Of a stretch of 32,000 nucleotides of DNA, positions 1-7,701 are shown piece by piece. The stretch's first letter is position 1; every line of letters begins with the position of its first letter. The DNA lies in the NCBI GenBank assembly GCA_000175855.1, contig ACYB01000001.1:5576-37575 (forward strand), in the 5' to 3' direction. Source of the DNA: Raphidiopsis brookii D9. GTDB taxonomy: Bacteria > Cyanobacteriota > Cyanobacteriia > Cyanobacteriales > Nostocaceae. The position numbers were made by a program, and so were the translations under genes. The notes below the pieces were generated by a model that was given only the letters and a program-made list of their open reading frames with translations, was not told the origin of the DNA and made no database searches.

Positions 1-3000
1 TGCATGATATGACTTACCCAATTCTTCTTGAACCTTTTGAGCTTTACCATCTATTTTCTTCCATAACTGGTTTGTCTTGTCGCTTAATTCACTCCGATGG
101 GCGATCGCTGAATCAATAGTTTTTATTTCCGATGGGTGAAAATTTTTTATCTCCTGGGGGATCTCAGAAATTTCATTGGCAATTGCTGGGTATTGCTTTT
201 GAATATAATCCCGCATTTCTTTTTCTTGGTTTTCCATTTCTTGCTGCAGTTCCCCAATCTTTTGTCGGAGGAGTTCCTGTATTTTTTGCTGCACGGGTTC
301 CAGCAATTTTGGCAACTGGTGTATTACGCTAGTTGGGTCATCCATCTTGAGAATTTCCTCAACGGATTTTACCCGCTCTAGCAGTTCCTCTTCCTCGATA
401 TGGCGCAGTTCTGATTTCAACTCTTTTAAACTCTGTTGAGCTCCTTGAAATATTTTCAGTTGTGAGTTAAAGAAAGACTTTAACTTTTGTAACTCATCAA
501 TATATTCTTCCAGGTCATCCCGACGACTACGAACAAGCTGCAAAAACTCCGGTTCATGAGAGTTGTCGGTTCTTAGCTCTTCTAGCATAGCTATGTGGTG
601 TCCCAGCAAATTCCCAAATGGTAATTGCTGTTCTTGAGTCAGTTTTAACCATTCTTTTAACCTTTCAACATGGTCCCATAAGAATTCTTTATATGTTTGA
701 AATAGTTTTCCACTCTCCGTAGGTATGTCTAGTATATTCTTATCAAGTAATTTACTGGCTAAGTCCCTAGCTACCTTTAAACTAGCTGGATCAATGGTAC
801 TAGCCAATTTCACAATATAAGTTTCTTTCCCCTCACGAGAAAGTAACTTATCTATTAATCCTTCTTCTATATTGACCTTACCTTGTGCGTGTCTCAATTC
901 AACTACACCTGCATTAGCCAATTCTGCCATTATCCCTAGGGTGTCTAGTTCTGACCAACCATAGGGAGTACGGGTAAACTTATCCATTAAAGATTTAATC
1001 GTAGTTGGATGATATTTATTTTGACTATGCAAAAAAGATTCCATCTCTTTGTGTGCGGATATATTAACTACCTTATCCGCATCTCCATCGATAGTCCTTT
1101 CTTGGATATGACGGGTTAAGGCATTTTTCACCTGCTCTGGATTTTCAAATCCACTATGGATGTATTGTAACTTGCTATAAGCATTCTTAATTAAATAGGT
1201 AAGAGATTGTTTTAACAACTCTGTTGCAAATTCAGTTCGAGTAATTTCTACTTTATTGCCATAACTAAACACATCCGCACTGGCAATGAGTTTTTTTAGG
1301 GTATCTTTGATATTTTCCTCCCGCTGTGTATTTTCCTCTTTTCGTCCTGCTATAATTTTTTGAATACTAGGACTAAGATTACTACTAGTTTTTTGGCGCA
1401 AATACTGATCTGTTTGACTAAACGTCTCTAAATCTTGCAAAAAGTGATTGTTGTTCCCTATCCTAATTAATAATTCTAAACTGGACTGGGTTGTGATTAT
1501 ACACTTTTCGTTATTCTCAAATTCAGCATAGTTCTCTCCATAGGGAGTAATAATATGCACAGTCAGTTCTTGTAATTTCTTTCCATAATCACGTTCATCT
1601 AACTTACGATTAAATGAATACTTACGTTTACCAAATTTGAATTCCCTATCGGTCAAAATTGATTCCCACACCCATTCCTGCAGTTTTTTGTAAATCTCCG
1701 TTGGGTTCACCCTTGTGTTTTTAATTTCTTTACCAATATCTTGCTCTTCGTTTGTAAGAAATATGTACTCATCTGTATTACGCTGAATTAGGGTTTGTTT
1801 TTCCAATCTTCCTAGGGCTTCTGCTACTTGTTTTTTCAAACCTAGTCTGTCTTGGTCTATATTGGTTAAACTCAAGGTAGTTAAGTTTTCTATGTTTGTC
1901 CTAATCTCTTTAATATATTTAATCATAAATAGGGTTTTTAAGAGCTGAATATCAAACTCCTCTAGTTGGGGATTATTCGTAGCCTGAGTAATCACCTGAC
2001 TAATAACACTATCCAAAAAACCCTCAATTGCCAAATAAAAAGTATGAAAAGGAACTAACCTACCCAGGGATTGTGCGGAAATTGCTTGAGAAGCAACCTG
2101 AAAAGCATCCAGTAAGGAGCGCTCTCCCGATGCTAAATGTTTACCCGCCGAACCCATTAACCGAATTTGGGTAAACACCTTCTGCAACAGATAAAACTGA
2201 TAGGGAATAAACGGATAGGCTGCCACAAAATCCTGTGCATTCTTATACCCTGGCATATCTGCAGAGTCCTTAAAGGTGATTTGGTTTGTGAGAATGGCAA
2301 TTTTTTCGGTATATAAATCTTCTAAACGTTTTTTGGCTTCCTCAGTTTTAGACAATAACCGTAATTTAATCACCTCATCAGTATTAGCAGAAGATAAATT
2401 CAGGGGACGATGAAAACGCCCAATAATTTTCGAGAAGTCTTCCCCCTTGATTTTATTTTTGGTGATTTCATCCATAGCTTCTTGGGATGTGACCACCACC
2501 CAAGCTCTTCCCTGACTATGGATACCCAGATCTTCCACTACTGTTTGCAGATTGAGCATTAATTTGGTGTCTTCGCCAATATACTGACCTACTTCATCTA
2601 CCATAAAAACTAGGCGATGTTTTGGTCCCTTGGTGTGCAAATACTCTTTAACTGTTTTGGCAAACTCTTCTGGACTTAAAGTATATTTCTCATTGAACTC
2701 TAATAGGCGATTAGCTTGTTCTTCACTCATTCCTGTGCTAACTGTTAAAGCAGCAACAATATCATCTTGATAAAAAGCCCAAGCTTCTCGAGTTTCTTCC
2801 CAGGATTGTTTGGTTTGGCTATAAAAAGCCTCTTTGAAGGACTGATACTTACCCTGACTTTCTAATTGACGTTCAAACCGGGCAATTTCCGGTGTTGTGC
2901 CAAAATATCCCAAATGGTCGTCAAAGACTTTTTGGAATACCTTGGTAATGGTTTCTTTGTCATTTTTATTATTGGCATCGGCCTTAGAATCAATATTAAA

Positions 3001-3381
3001 GAGAATTACATCACAATGAGTTTGTGCTGCTAAGGCAATATTTGCCAATAGGGATGGGTCGGGAATTCTTTGGGAATCAAAGTAATCTAAAGCCCGATTA
3101 TTTCCCACTGAACGATTTTCTAGTAGATAGGAAAGTATTTTGAGGAAATGAGATTTGCCAGAACCAAAGAATCCCGAAATCCACACGCCCATCTGGTCGG
3201 TTGGACTTTCAATTGATTCGGCAAATCTGCCAAAAAAAGTATAAAAATGCTTCTTGAGTTCTTCGGTAACTACATACTCTTCTAACTCTTGACGAATATT
3301 AGTATCATCCTGCTGTCCCACCTTGATGACACCATTAATACTGCGGTTAATATCCTTGGCAAACAGTTCAGTAATGTTCAT
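1..3381 (-). CDS. brxC: BREX ATPase BrxC/PglY (DUF499-type P-loop protein); first 1127 codons only, the C-terminus runs off the left window edge
   Basis: It is absent from the ORF track because it is open-ended. My own translation from the ATG at 3381 reads MNITELFAKDINRSINGVIKVGQQDDTNIRQELEEYVVTEELKKHFYTFFGRFAESIESPTDQMGVWISGFFGSGKSHFLKILSYLLENR... This contains Walker A GFFGSGKSH and, further on, a Walker-B-like LVFMVDEVGQYIG. The frame is still open at base 1 (...KAQKVQEELGKSYHA). A stop in this frame would have produced a listed ORF, and none is listed. The N-terminal signature, the size and the position right after brxB fit BrxC. Confidence 0.85.
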   Translation of the reverse strand, partial: MNITELFAKDINRSINGVIKVGQQDDTNIRQELEEYVVTEELKKHFYTFFGRFAESIESPTDQMGVWISGFFGSGKSHFLKILSYLLENRSVGNNRALDYFDSQRIPDPSLLANIALAAQTHCDVILFNIDSKADANNKNDKETITKVFQKVFDDHLGYFGTTPEIARFERQLESQGKYQSFKEAFYSQTKQSWEETREAWAFYQDDIVAALTVSTGMSEEQANRLLEFNEKYTLSPEEFAKTVKEYLHTKGPKHRLVFMVDEVGQYIGEDTKLMLNLQTVVEDLGIHSQGRAWVVVTSQEAMDEITKNKIKGEDFSKIIGRFHRPLNLSSANTDEVIKLRLLSKTEEAKKRLEDLYTEKIAILTNQITFKDSADMPGYKNAQDFVAAYPFIPYQFYLLQKVFTQIRLMGSAGKHLASGERSLLDAFQVASQAISAQSLGRLVPFHTFYLAIEGFLDSVISQVITQATNNPQLEEFDIQLLKTLFMIKYIKEIRTNIENLTTLSLTNIDQDRLGLKKQVAEALGRLEKQTLIQRNTDEYIFLTNEEQDIGKEIKNTRVNPTEIYKKLQEWVWESILTDREFKFGKRKYSFNRKLDERDYGKKLQELTVHIITPYGENYAEFENNEKCIITTQSSLELLIRIGNNNHFLQDLETFSQTDQYLRQKTSSNLSPSIQKIIAGRKEENTQREENIKDTLKKLIASADVFSYGNKVEITRTEFATELLKQSLTYLIKNAYSKLQYIHSGFENPEQVKNALTRHIQERTIDGDADKVVNISAHKEMESFLHSQNKYHPTTIKSLMDKFTRTPYGWSELDTLGIMAELANAGVVELRHAQGKVNIEEGLIDKLLSREGKETYIVKLASTIDPASLKVARDLASKLLDKNILDIPTESGKLFQTYKEFLWDHVERLKEWLKLTQEQQLPFGNLLGHHIAMLEELRTDNSHEPEFLQLVRSRRDDLEEYIDELQKLKSFFNSQLKIFQGAQQSLKELKSELRHIEEEELLERVKSVEEILKMDDPTSVIHQLPKLLEPVQQKIQELLRQKIGELQQEMENQEKEMRDYIQKQYPAIANEISEIPQEIKNFHPSEIKTIDSAIAHRSELSDKTNQLWKKIDGKAQKVQEELGKSYHA

Positions 3382-3970
3382 AGACAGCTCCATGATGAGG
3401 TATTAAAGCGAAAGCTCGATAGTAGTTATCACTTTTAAAGGTATTAAATAAACAGAGTTCATGTCCATCATAGGATCCGGGGAAGAACAGCACTAAGGGA
3501 ATGTGGTCAAGATAAGGTTGGAGACCATTCAAAATACTGTGGGATCTAATTAGGGGCCAACTCGCTCCAACTCCAGTCAGGAATACCAATTGTTCGTTCC
3601 CTTGGAGGTGGTTTTGGATCTGAGCAATCACCTTTTCGGGTCGAACTATGGATTGGATTTTATTCCCGAGAGATTTGCACCCTTCTTTCGCTTCTACCAT
3701 AAAAGCTTTATTGAGAATTCCTTTTTCTTGTAATAGTTCTAGGATTATCTTATACAGATTGAATTCTTTAACGATTAAATTTATTGGATCCTTAGTTAGT
3801 TGGGAAACAAGTACTTTAGTATATTCTTGAACATATAGTTCGTCTTCTGGAGCATAATCAAAAACATAGAAACCAATCTCATTGCCAATACCACGATTTT
3901 CCAACAGTCGGGAGTCTTGTAGTTTAGGTAGTAGTTGATTTAATCGTTCCTGAATACTCAATTTAGACAT
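3368..3970 (-). CDS. brxB: BREX protein BrxB (DUF1788 family)
   Basis: 200-aa ORF. The N-terminal pattern LxxRLxxL...SRLLENRGIGNEIGFYVFDYAPEDEL and the roughly 200-aa length match my memory of DUF1788/BrxB. The stop overlaps the brxC start by 14 nt (3368-3381), which suggests translational coupling. Confidence 0.85.
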   Translation of the reverse strand: MSKLSIQERLNQLLPKLQDSRLLENRGIGNEIGFYVFDYAPEDELYVQEYTKVLVSQLTKDPINLIVKEFNLYKIILELLQEKGILNKAFMVEAKEGCKSLGNKIQSIVRPEKVIAQIQNHLQGNEQLVFLTGVGASWPLIRSHSILNGLQPYLDHIPLVLFFPGSYDGHELCLFNTFKSDNYYRAFALIPHHGAVYEHY

Positions 3971-4071
3971 CTGTTTTAGGTTAGCAGCACTAAAGACTTA
4001 GTATAACAGGCGATCGCATTTTTGAGGAGAGACTATTATATTTTGTGTTATGTTTTATTCGGAGAGGTTTG

Positions 4072-4096
4072 CAGACCGTAGCGTGGTTCTTGGGTA
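4072..4096. repeat. Direct repeat copy 1 (cagaccgtagcgTggttctTgggta), hairpin-capable
   Basis: Matches copy 2 at 4186-4209 at 23 positions, differing by one substitution and one 1-nt indel. CAGACC and GGTTCTG can pair around the loop gtagcgt. Confidence 0.6.
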
Positions 4097-4122
4097 TCAC
4101 TATAGGTTAGACTTTACATGTT

Positions 4123-4151
4123 TTGACAGTAGGGAAACCCATTGGTAAAGT
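4123..4151 (+). promoter_or_regulatory. Sigma70-like promoter motif TTGACA-N17-TAAAGT on the plus strand, between the two repeats
   Basis: ttgaca at 4123-4128, an exact 17-nt spacer, then taaagt at 4146-4151. A transcript from here would run through repeat copy 2, antisense to the 50-aa ORF, and on towards queE. Confidence 0.3.
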
Positions 4152-4185
4152 CAAAGCGCTAGGATCATTCAACCAGTTGGGTCGA

Positions 4186-4209
4186 CAGACCGTAGCGCGG
4201 TTCTGGGTA
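4186..4209. repeat. Direct repeat copy 2 (cagaccgtagcgCggttctgggta), hairpin-capable
   Basis: Same orientation as copy 1, start-to-start distance 114 nt. It lies 8 nt beyond the stop of the 50-aa minus-strand ORF. Confidence 0.6.
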
Positions 4210-4217
4210 ATATCCAC

Positions 4218-4370
4218 TTACCAGGATGCTAACCTACGTCTTTTATAGGGCACACCCGTAAAAGGTTGAAAACCAGTTATGGGATAAGCATCATCGGTGG
4301 GGCTGAATATGCGCATAAAAGCTTCACTGAGGAATTGAACGACTCTGGAAAGCGATTTGGAGATCATCAT
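4218..4370 (-). CDS. Small hypothetical protein (50 aa), below the ORF-track cutoff
   Basis: My translation is MMISKSLSRVVQFLSEAFMRIFSPTDDAYPITGFQPFTGVPYKRRRLASW. An AAGGAG Shine-Dalgarno (plus-strand ctcctt at 4380-4385) lies 9 nt upstream of the ATG. The ORF is not hydrophobic. I could not place it in a family. Confidence 0.35.
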   Translation of the reverse strand: MMISKSLSRVVQFLSEAFMRIFSPTDDAYPITGFQPFTGVPYKRRRLASW

Positions 4371-4611
4371 AAATTTCGACTCCTTATTATTATGCTATTT
4401 ATTTGATGTACCTGCAGTGTAATACCAAATCTTGGGACTGACTCATTTTTGTAATATATATATAAGTAACTCAACTTTTCTTAAAAGTCCAATTAAAAGC
4501 TCAATTGGAGTAGTTTTAGGTGAGTTTTATTGGTATAAAATAAACTTGAGATTATCTTTATTACAGAAAATATAGTCTTGCTGTCCACCTTATGAGTAGG
4601 AAACTAGAGAA

Positions 4612-5238
4612 ATGTCGATTTTAGAAATCAAGCTACCCATTCATGAAACCTTTCAGAGTACAGTTCAAGGTGAGGGATATTGGACTGGTTCTTTAGTAGA
4701 TTTTATTCGCTTGTCCGGTTGTCCGTTGGGTTGTCCTTGGTGCGACACTGGTTATGCTGATGGTGGGGCAAACTTACCGCGATTTGAGCGTACCATTGGT
4801 GAGCTTTTAGCAGAAATAAAATCTCCGAGAATAGTTATTAGCGGTGGCGAACCATTCATTCACAAGCATTTACCTGAATTAGTTCAAGCCTTGTTGGGTG
4901 CTGGTAAACAAGTGAGTATTGAAACATCAGGATCCTTTTGGAAAGAAGTTTCTTTATCAGCTTGGATTACCCTATCTCCTAAGGAACATATTAACCCTAA
5001 ATATCCAGTGCAGAATCAGTTTTGGAGTAGAGCTAATGAAGCGAAAATAGTGATAGAAACTGGTCAGGAAATTGATTTTTATCAAGAATATTTATCTGCT
5101 CGCCCTGATTTGTATGTTTACCTACAACCTGAGTGGAATAGTTCATCAAAATCACTGGCTCTGATTTTGCAATTATTACAACAAAAACCCGATTATAAAC
5201 TTTCTTTACAAACACACAAATATATAGGATTACAATAG
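4612..5238 (+). CDS. queE: 7-carboxy-7-deazaguanine synthase (radical SAM, queuosine pathway)
   Basis: N-terminal ETFQSTVQGEGYWTGSLVDFIRLSGCPLGCPWCDT carries the CX3CX2C cluster motif. ISGGEPF is the SAM-binding motif. The length (~208 aa) is typical of QueE. Confidence 0.85.
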   Translation: MSILEIKLPIHETFQSTVQGEGYWTGSLVDFIRLSGCPLGCPWCDTGYADGGANLPRFERTIGELLAEIKSPRIVISGGEPFIHKHLPELVQALLGAGKQVSIETSGSFWKEVSLSAWITLSPKEHINPKYPVQNQFWSRANEAKIVIETGQEIDFYQEYLSARPDLYVYLQPEWNSSSKSLALILQLLQQKPDYKLSLQTHKYIGLQ

Positions 5239-5245
5239 GTGGGGG

Positions 5246-5395
5246 ATGAAATATGTAGAGAACCTGGCTCTAAAACAAATACGGGAATCTAACTATGCAA
5301 AAAAGTATAGGGGAGAACCAGGTAAAACCGTCCATGAACTGGGGTTGGTGTTCAGCTCTAGCAAACGTAACCTCATTCAAGCAGATTGGGAATAA
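5246..5395 (+). pseudogene. C-terminal remnant of a PD-(D/E)XK nuclease-family (PDDEXK_9 / AAA-ATPase-like) gene
   Basis: My translation is MKYVENLALKQIRESNYAKKYRGEPGKTVHELGLVFSSSKRNLIQADWE*. It matches the characteristic C-terminal tail (ALxQIxxxxYAxKYxG...HxxGLxF...RNL) of proteins that are normally 400-550 aa. Only about 49 codons remain here, starting 8 nt after the queE stop. Confidence 0.45.
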
Positions 5396-5456
5396 ATTAA
5401 GATAGGCAATATTGGGTTTTCTCAACCCAACCTACAGTTACCTACAACAAAACCAA

Positions 5457-6638
5457 ATGACCGACTATAGAAAAGAAATCCTATCTGGAGAATCCGAAGA
5501 ACTGGAATTTAAACGCTCCACGTCTCTACTAAAAGAAGCTACCCAGACTCTATGTGCTTTTGCTAATCACAAAGGCGGTGTACTGTACTTTGGTGTATCC
5601 GATGACGGAACTGTGGTTGGGCAAATGGTAAGTGATGATACATTAAAAAACATTGCTAATACCATTAAGCTCAACACAGATCCCAAACTGTATCCCCAAG
5701 TGGAAAAAGTGGAGATTGAAGGCAAATCTTGTATTCGGGTATGCATTGAGCAGAGCCCATTAAAACCCCATGTTGCCTATGGCAGACCCTATATCCGGAT
5801 TGGCCCCACCACCCAGCAGTTAGATCAGGAGCAGTACCGAATCCTGCTCCAACAAAGAACCAACGGTTATGGATTTGATTTCCAGTCTTGTCCTAGTGCC
5901 ACTTTAGCAGATATAGACGAAACAACCGTGCAAAGGTTCATGGAAACAGCCAATGCTGTCCGTGATTTCAATCAGAACCTCTACCTACCAGTTGATCAGG
6001 TTATGGAAAAGCTGGATCTAGTCAAGAATGACGCAGTTAGCAATGCAGCAGTGCTTCTTTTTGGAAAAAACCCCGCCTGCTTCTTTTCCACCCACTATGA
6101 GGTCAAGGTGGCAAGTTTTCCTACAGATATGGGTTATGATGAAATGACAAATAATTATGAGTATACAGGTAATTTACTCGATATTTTTGGCAAGTCTATG
6201 GATTTCCTTTTGGGTAGCATAAGGAAATCATATAGGAAGGGCGAACAACAAGGTGTTGAAATTCTTGAATTCCCCAGGTTGATGCTGCGGGAGGCTTTGG
6301 TCAATCTGATTTCCCACCGAGATTACCGTGTGGATGTTAAATCCACCATCGAAGTCAGACCCTCCTATATTCTTTTCTACAACCCTGCTCAACTGTTTAC
6401 GCCCACTATTACTATTGACGCTCTCAAGCGACACCATCCATCAAGACCTGGTAATAAATTAATCGCCAGAGTGTTTTATATGATGGGTTTGTTTGAGAAC
6501 TGGGGTGGGGGCACACTCAAGATTATTGAAAGTGCTAGAGAAAGTACGGGTATAGACCCAGAGTTTACCTTTGAAAATGGTATGTTTTCCTTGAAGATTT
6601 ATCGAAAACCAACTAATGTCAACCAATGTGTGATGTGA
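5457..6638 (+). CDS. AlbA_2 (Schlafen-type 'divergent AAA') plus HATPase_c_4 domain protein, often annotated as a RecG-like putative DNA-binding protein
   Basis: N-terminus: GESEELEFKRS...LCAFANHKGGVLYFGVSDDGTVVG (AlbA_2 signature). C-terminus: REALVNLISHRDYRV...NPAQL...SRPGNKLIARVFYMMGLFENWGGGTLKI (HATPase_c_4 signature). The track ORF starts at a TTG at 5412. The ATG at 5457 (MTDYRKEIL) is the more likely start. Confidence 0.8.
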   Translation: MTDYRKEILSGESEELEFKRSTSLLKEATQTLCAFANHKGGVLYFGVSDDGTVVGQMVSDDTLKNIANTIKLNTDPKLYPQVEKVEIEGKSCIRVCIEQSPLKPHVAYGRPYIRIGPTTQQLDQEQYRILLQQRTNGYGFDFQSCPSATLADIDETTVQRFMETANAVRDFNQNLYLPVDQVMEKLDLVKNDAVSNAAVLLFGKNPACFFSTHYEVKVASFPTDMGYDEMTNNYEYTGNLLDIFGKSMDFLLGSIRKSYRKGEQQGVEILEFPRLMLREALVNLISHRDYRVDVKSTIEVRPSYILFYNPAQLFTPTITIDALKRHHPSRPGNKLIARVFYMMGLFENWGGGTLKIIESARESTGIDPEFTFENGMFSLKIYRKPTNVNQCVM

Positions 6639-6677
6639 TCAGCTTTTTTTCACTAATAGCCAAAGGAAACAATCAAA

Positions 6678-7127
6678 ATGACTCAATCAATCGTTGGTAA
6701 GTCTTTGTATGAGTCCGATTTCTGGTTATGGACTCAGGATACCATAGCTAAACTCAAAGCTAGAGATTTTGACCATCTAGACCTAGAAAACTTGTTGGAA
6801 GAGATTGAAGCATTGGGACGATCGGAAAAAAAAGAATTGGCCAGCAGACTAGAAACCTTATTATGTCATCTTCTAAAGCGAATTTATGTTAATTTACCTC
6901 AAGAGTTTAATGGTTGGGAGCGCACTATAAGGGAACAACGAAGACGTTTAGTCCAATCGCTCAGAAAAACCCCTAGTTTGAAAACCTTTTGGCAAGAACT
7001 ACTTAGTGATGCTTGGGAGCTTGCACTAGATACGGTTCGAGACGATTACCCCCAGTATGAATTTCCGGATACCTGGGAGTTTGGAACTGATATTGATACC
7101 ATGCTCAATGCCAACTTTTGGGAATAG
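6678..7127 (+). CDS. DUF29 family protein
   Basis: LYESDFWLWTQDTIAKLKARDFDHLDLENLLEEIEALGRSEKKELASRLETLLCHLLK is the canonical DUF29 N-terminal pattern, a family abundant in cyanobacteria. Confidence 0.8.
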   Translation: MTQSIVGKSLYESDFWLWTQDTIAKLKARDFDHLDLENLLEEIEALGRSEKKELASRLETLLCHLLKRIYVNLPQEFNGWERTIREQRRRLVQSLRKTPSLKTFWQELLSDAWELALDTVRDDYPQYEFPDTWEFGTDIDTMLNANFWE

Positions 7128-7199
7128 CGATCGCAAACTGCATTGCTTGACACTCCCTGCTAAAATAGACAGATAACCCAGAAAACCCCAACTAACCCC

Positions 7200-7667
7200 A
7201 TGGTTCAAGCAACAAACCTCACCTCGCTTTACGAACAGGATTATCCTGCTTGGTTAGATTTAACCCTAGCACAGCTTAAGCAGCAAGATTTCAGTGCCAT
7301 TGACTGGGGAAATTTAATTGAGGAAATAGGCGCATTGGGAAGGGAACAACGTTATAAAGTGGAAAGTTATTTATTGCGACTCCTTATCCACTTACTACTG
7401 TACGAGCATTGGCAAAGTGAACGCTCTTGGTCAGGTAAAGGTTGGGAAAAGGAGATTGATAATTTTCGGTTAGAGCTTGATTCTCTACTAGAGTCCCAGG
7501 TTCTTCGTAACCACTTCTTGGAAATCCTAGCAAAGGACTACGCCAAAGCTCGGAAACTGGCTATCAAAAAGTCCGGGTTATCACCGACCATCTTTCCAGA
7601 GATTTGTCCCTATACTCTGGAGCAAATGCTTGATTTCGGTTGGTTACCTAAAAAATTTGGAGATTAA
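7200..7667 (+). CDS. DUF29 family protein (tandem paralog)
   Basis: LYEQDYPAWLDLTLAQLKQQDFSAIDWGNLIEEIGALGREQRYKVESYLLRLLIHLL shows the same DUF29 pattern. It is diverged from the upstream copy. Confidence 0.8.
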   Translation: MVQATNLTSLYEQDYPAWLDLTLAQLKQQDFSAIDWGNLIEEIGALGREQRYKVESYLLRLLIHLLLYEHWQSERSWSGKGWEKEIDNFRLELDSLLESQVLRNHFLEILAKDYAKARKLAIKKSGLSPTIFPEICPYTLEQMLDFGWLPKKFGD

Positions 7668-7701
7668 CCATAAAATAAACCATAAAATAAACCATAAAAT
7701 A
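7666..7701. repeat. Perfect 12-bp tandem repeat (aaccataaaata) x3
   Basis: Read directly from the sequence. The three copies fill the gap between the two convergent stop codons, overlapping the last two bases of the TAA at 7665-7667 and ending just before the tta at 7702-7704. Confidence 0.9.

Noticed and set aside
132-381. Two overlapping plus-strand ORFs (66 and 81 aa) listed in the track
   Set aside because: They lie antisense inside the long open brxC frame and have low-complexity, Phe/Leu-rich translations. They are shadow ORFs.
4072-4209. Could the two 24-25-nt repeats be a mini CRISPR array?
   Set aside because: There are only two copies, the intervening sequence is 89 nt (far longer than a spacer), no cas genes are present, and the repeats are imperfect. 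I treat them as hairpin or regulatory repeats instead.
4440-4611. preQ1 riboswitch in the queE 5' region (ggaaactagag resembles the AAACUAG tail of preQ1-I)
   Set aside because: I could not find a convincing P1 stem of 5 bp or more, an A-rich tail, or pseudoknot pairing. The resemblance is limited to a few nucleotides overlapping the ribosome-binding region.
4612-5238. queE as part of a 7-deazaguanine DNA-modification (Dpd-like) system cooperating with BREX
   Set aside because: Only queE is present. There is no queC, queD, folE or dpdA/tgt-like gene. It is transcribed divergently from BREX, and its sequence looks like the ordinary housekeeping QueE. Adjacency alone is not evidence.
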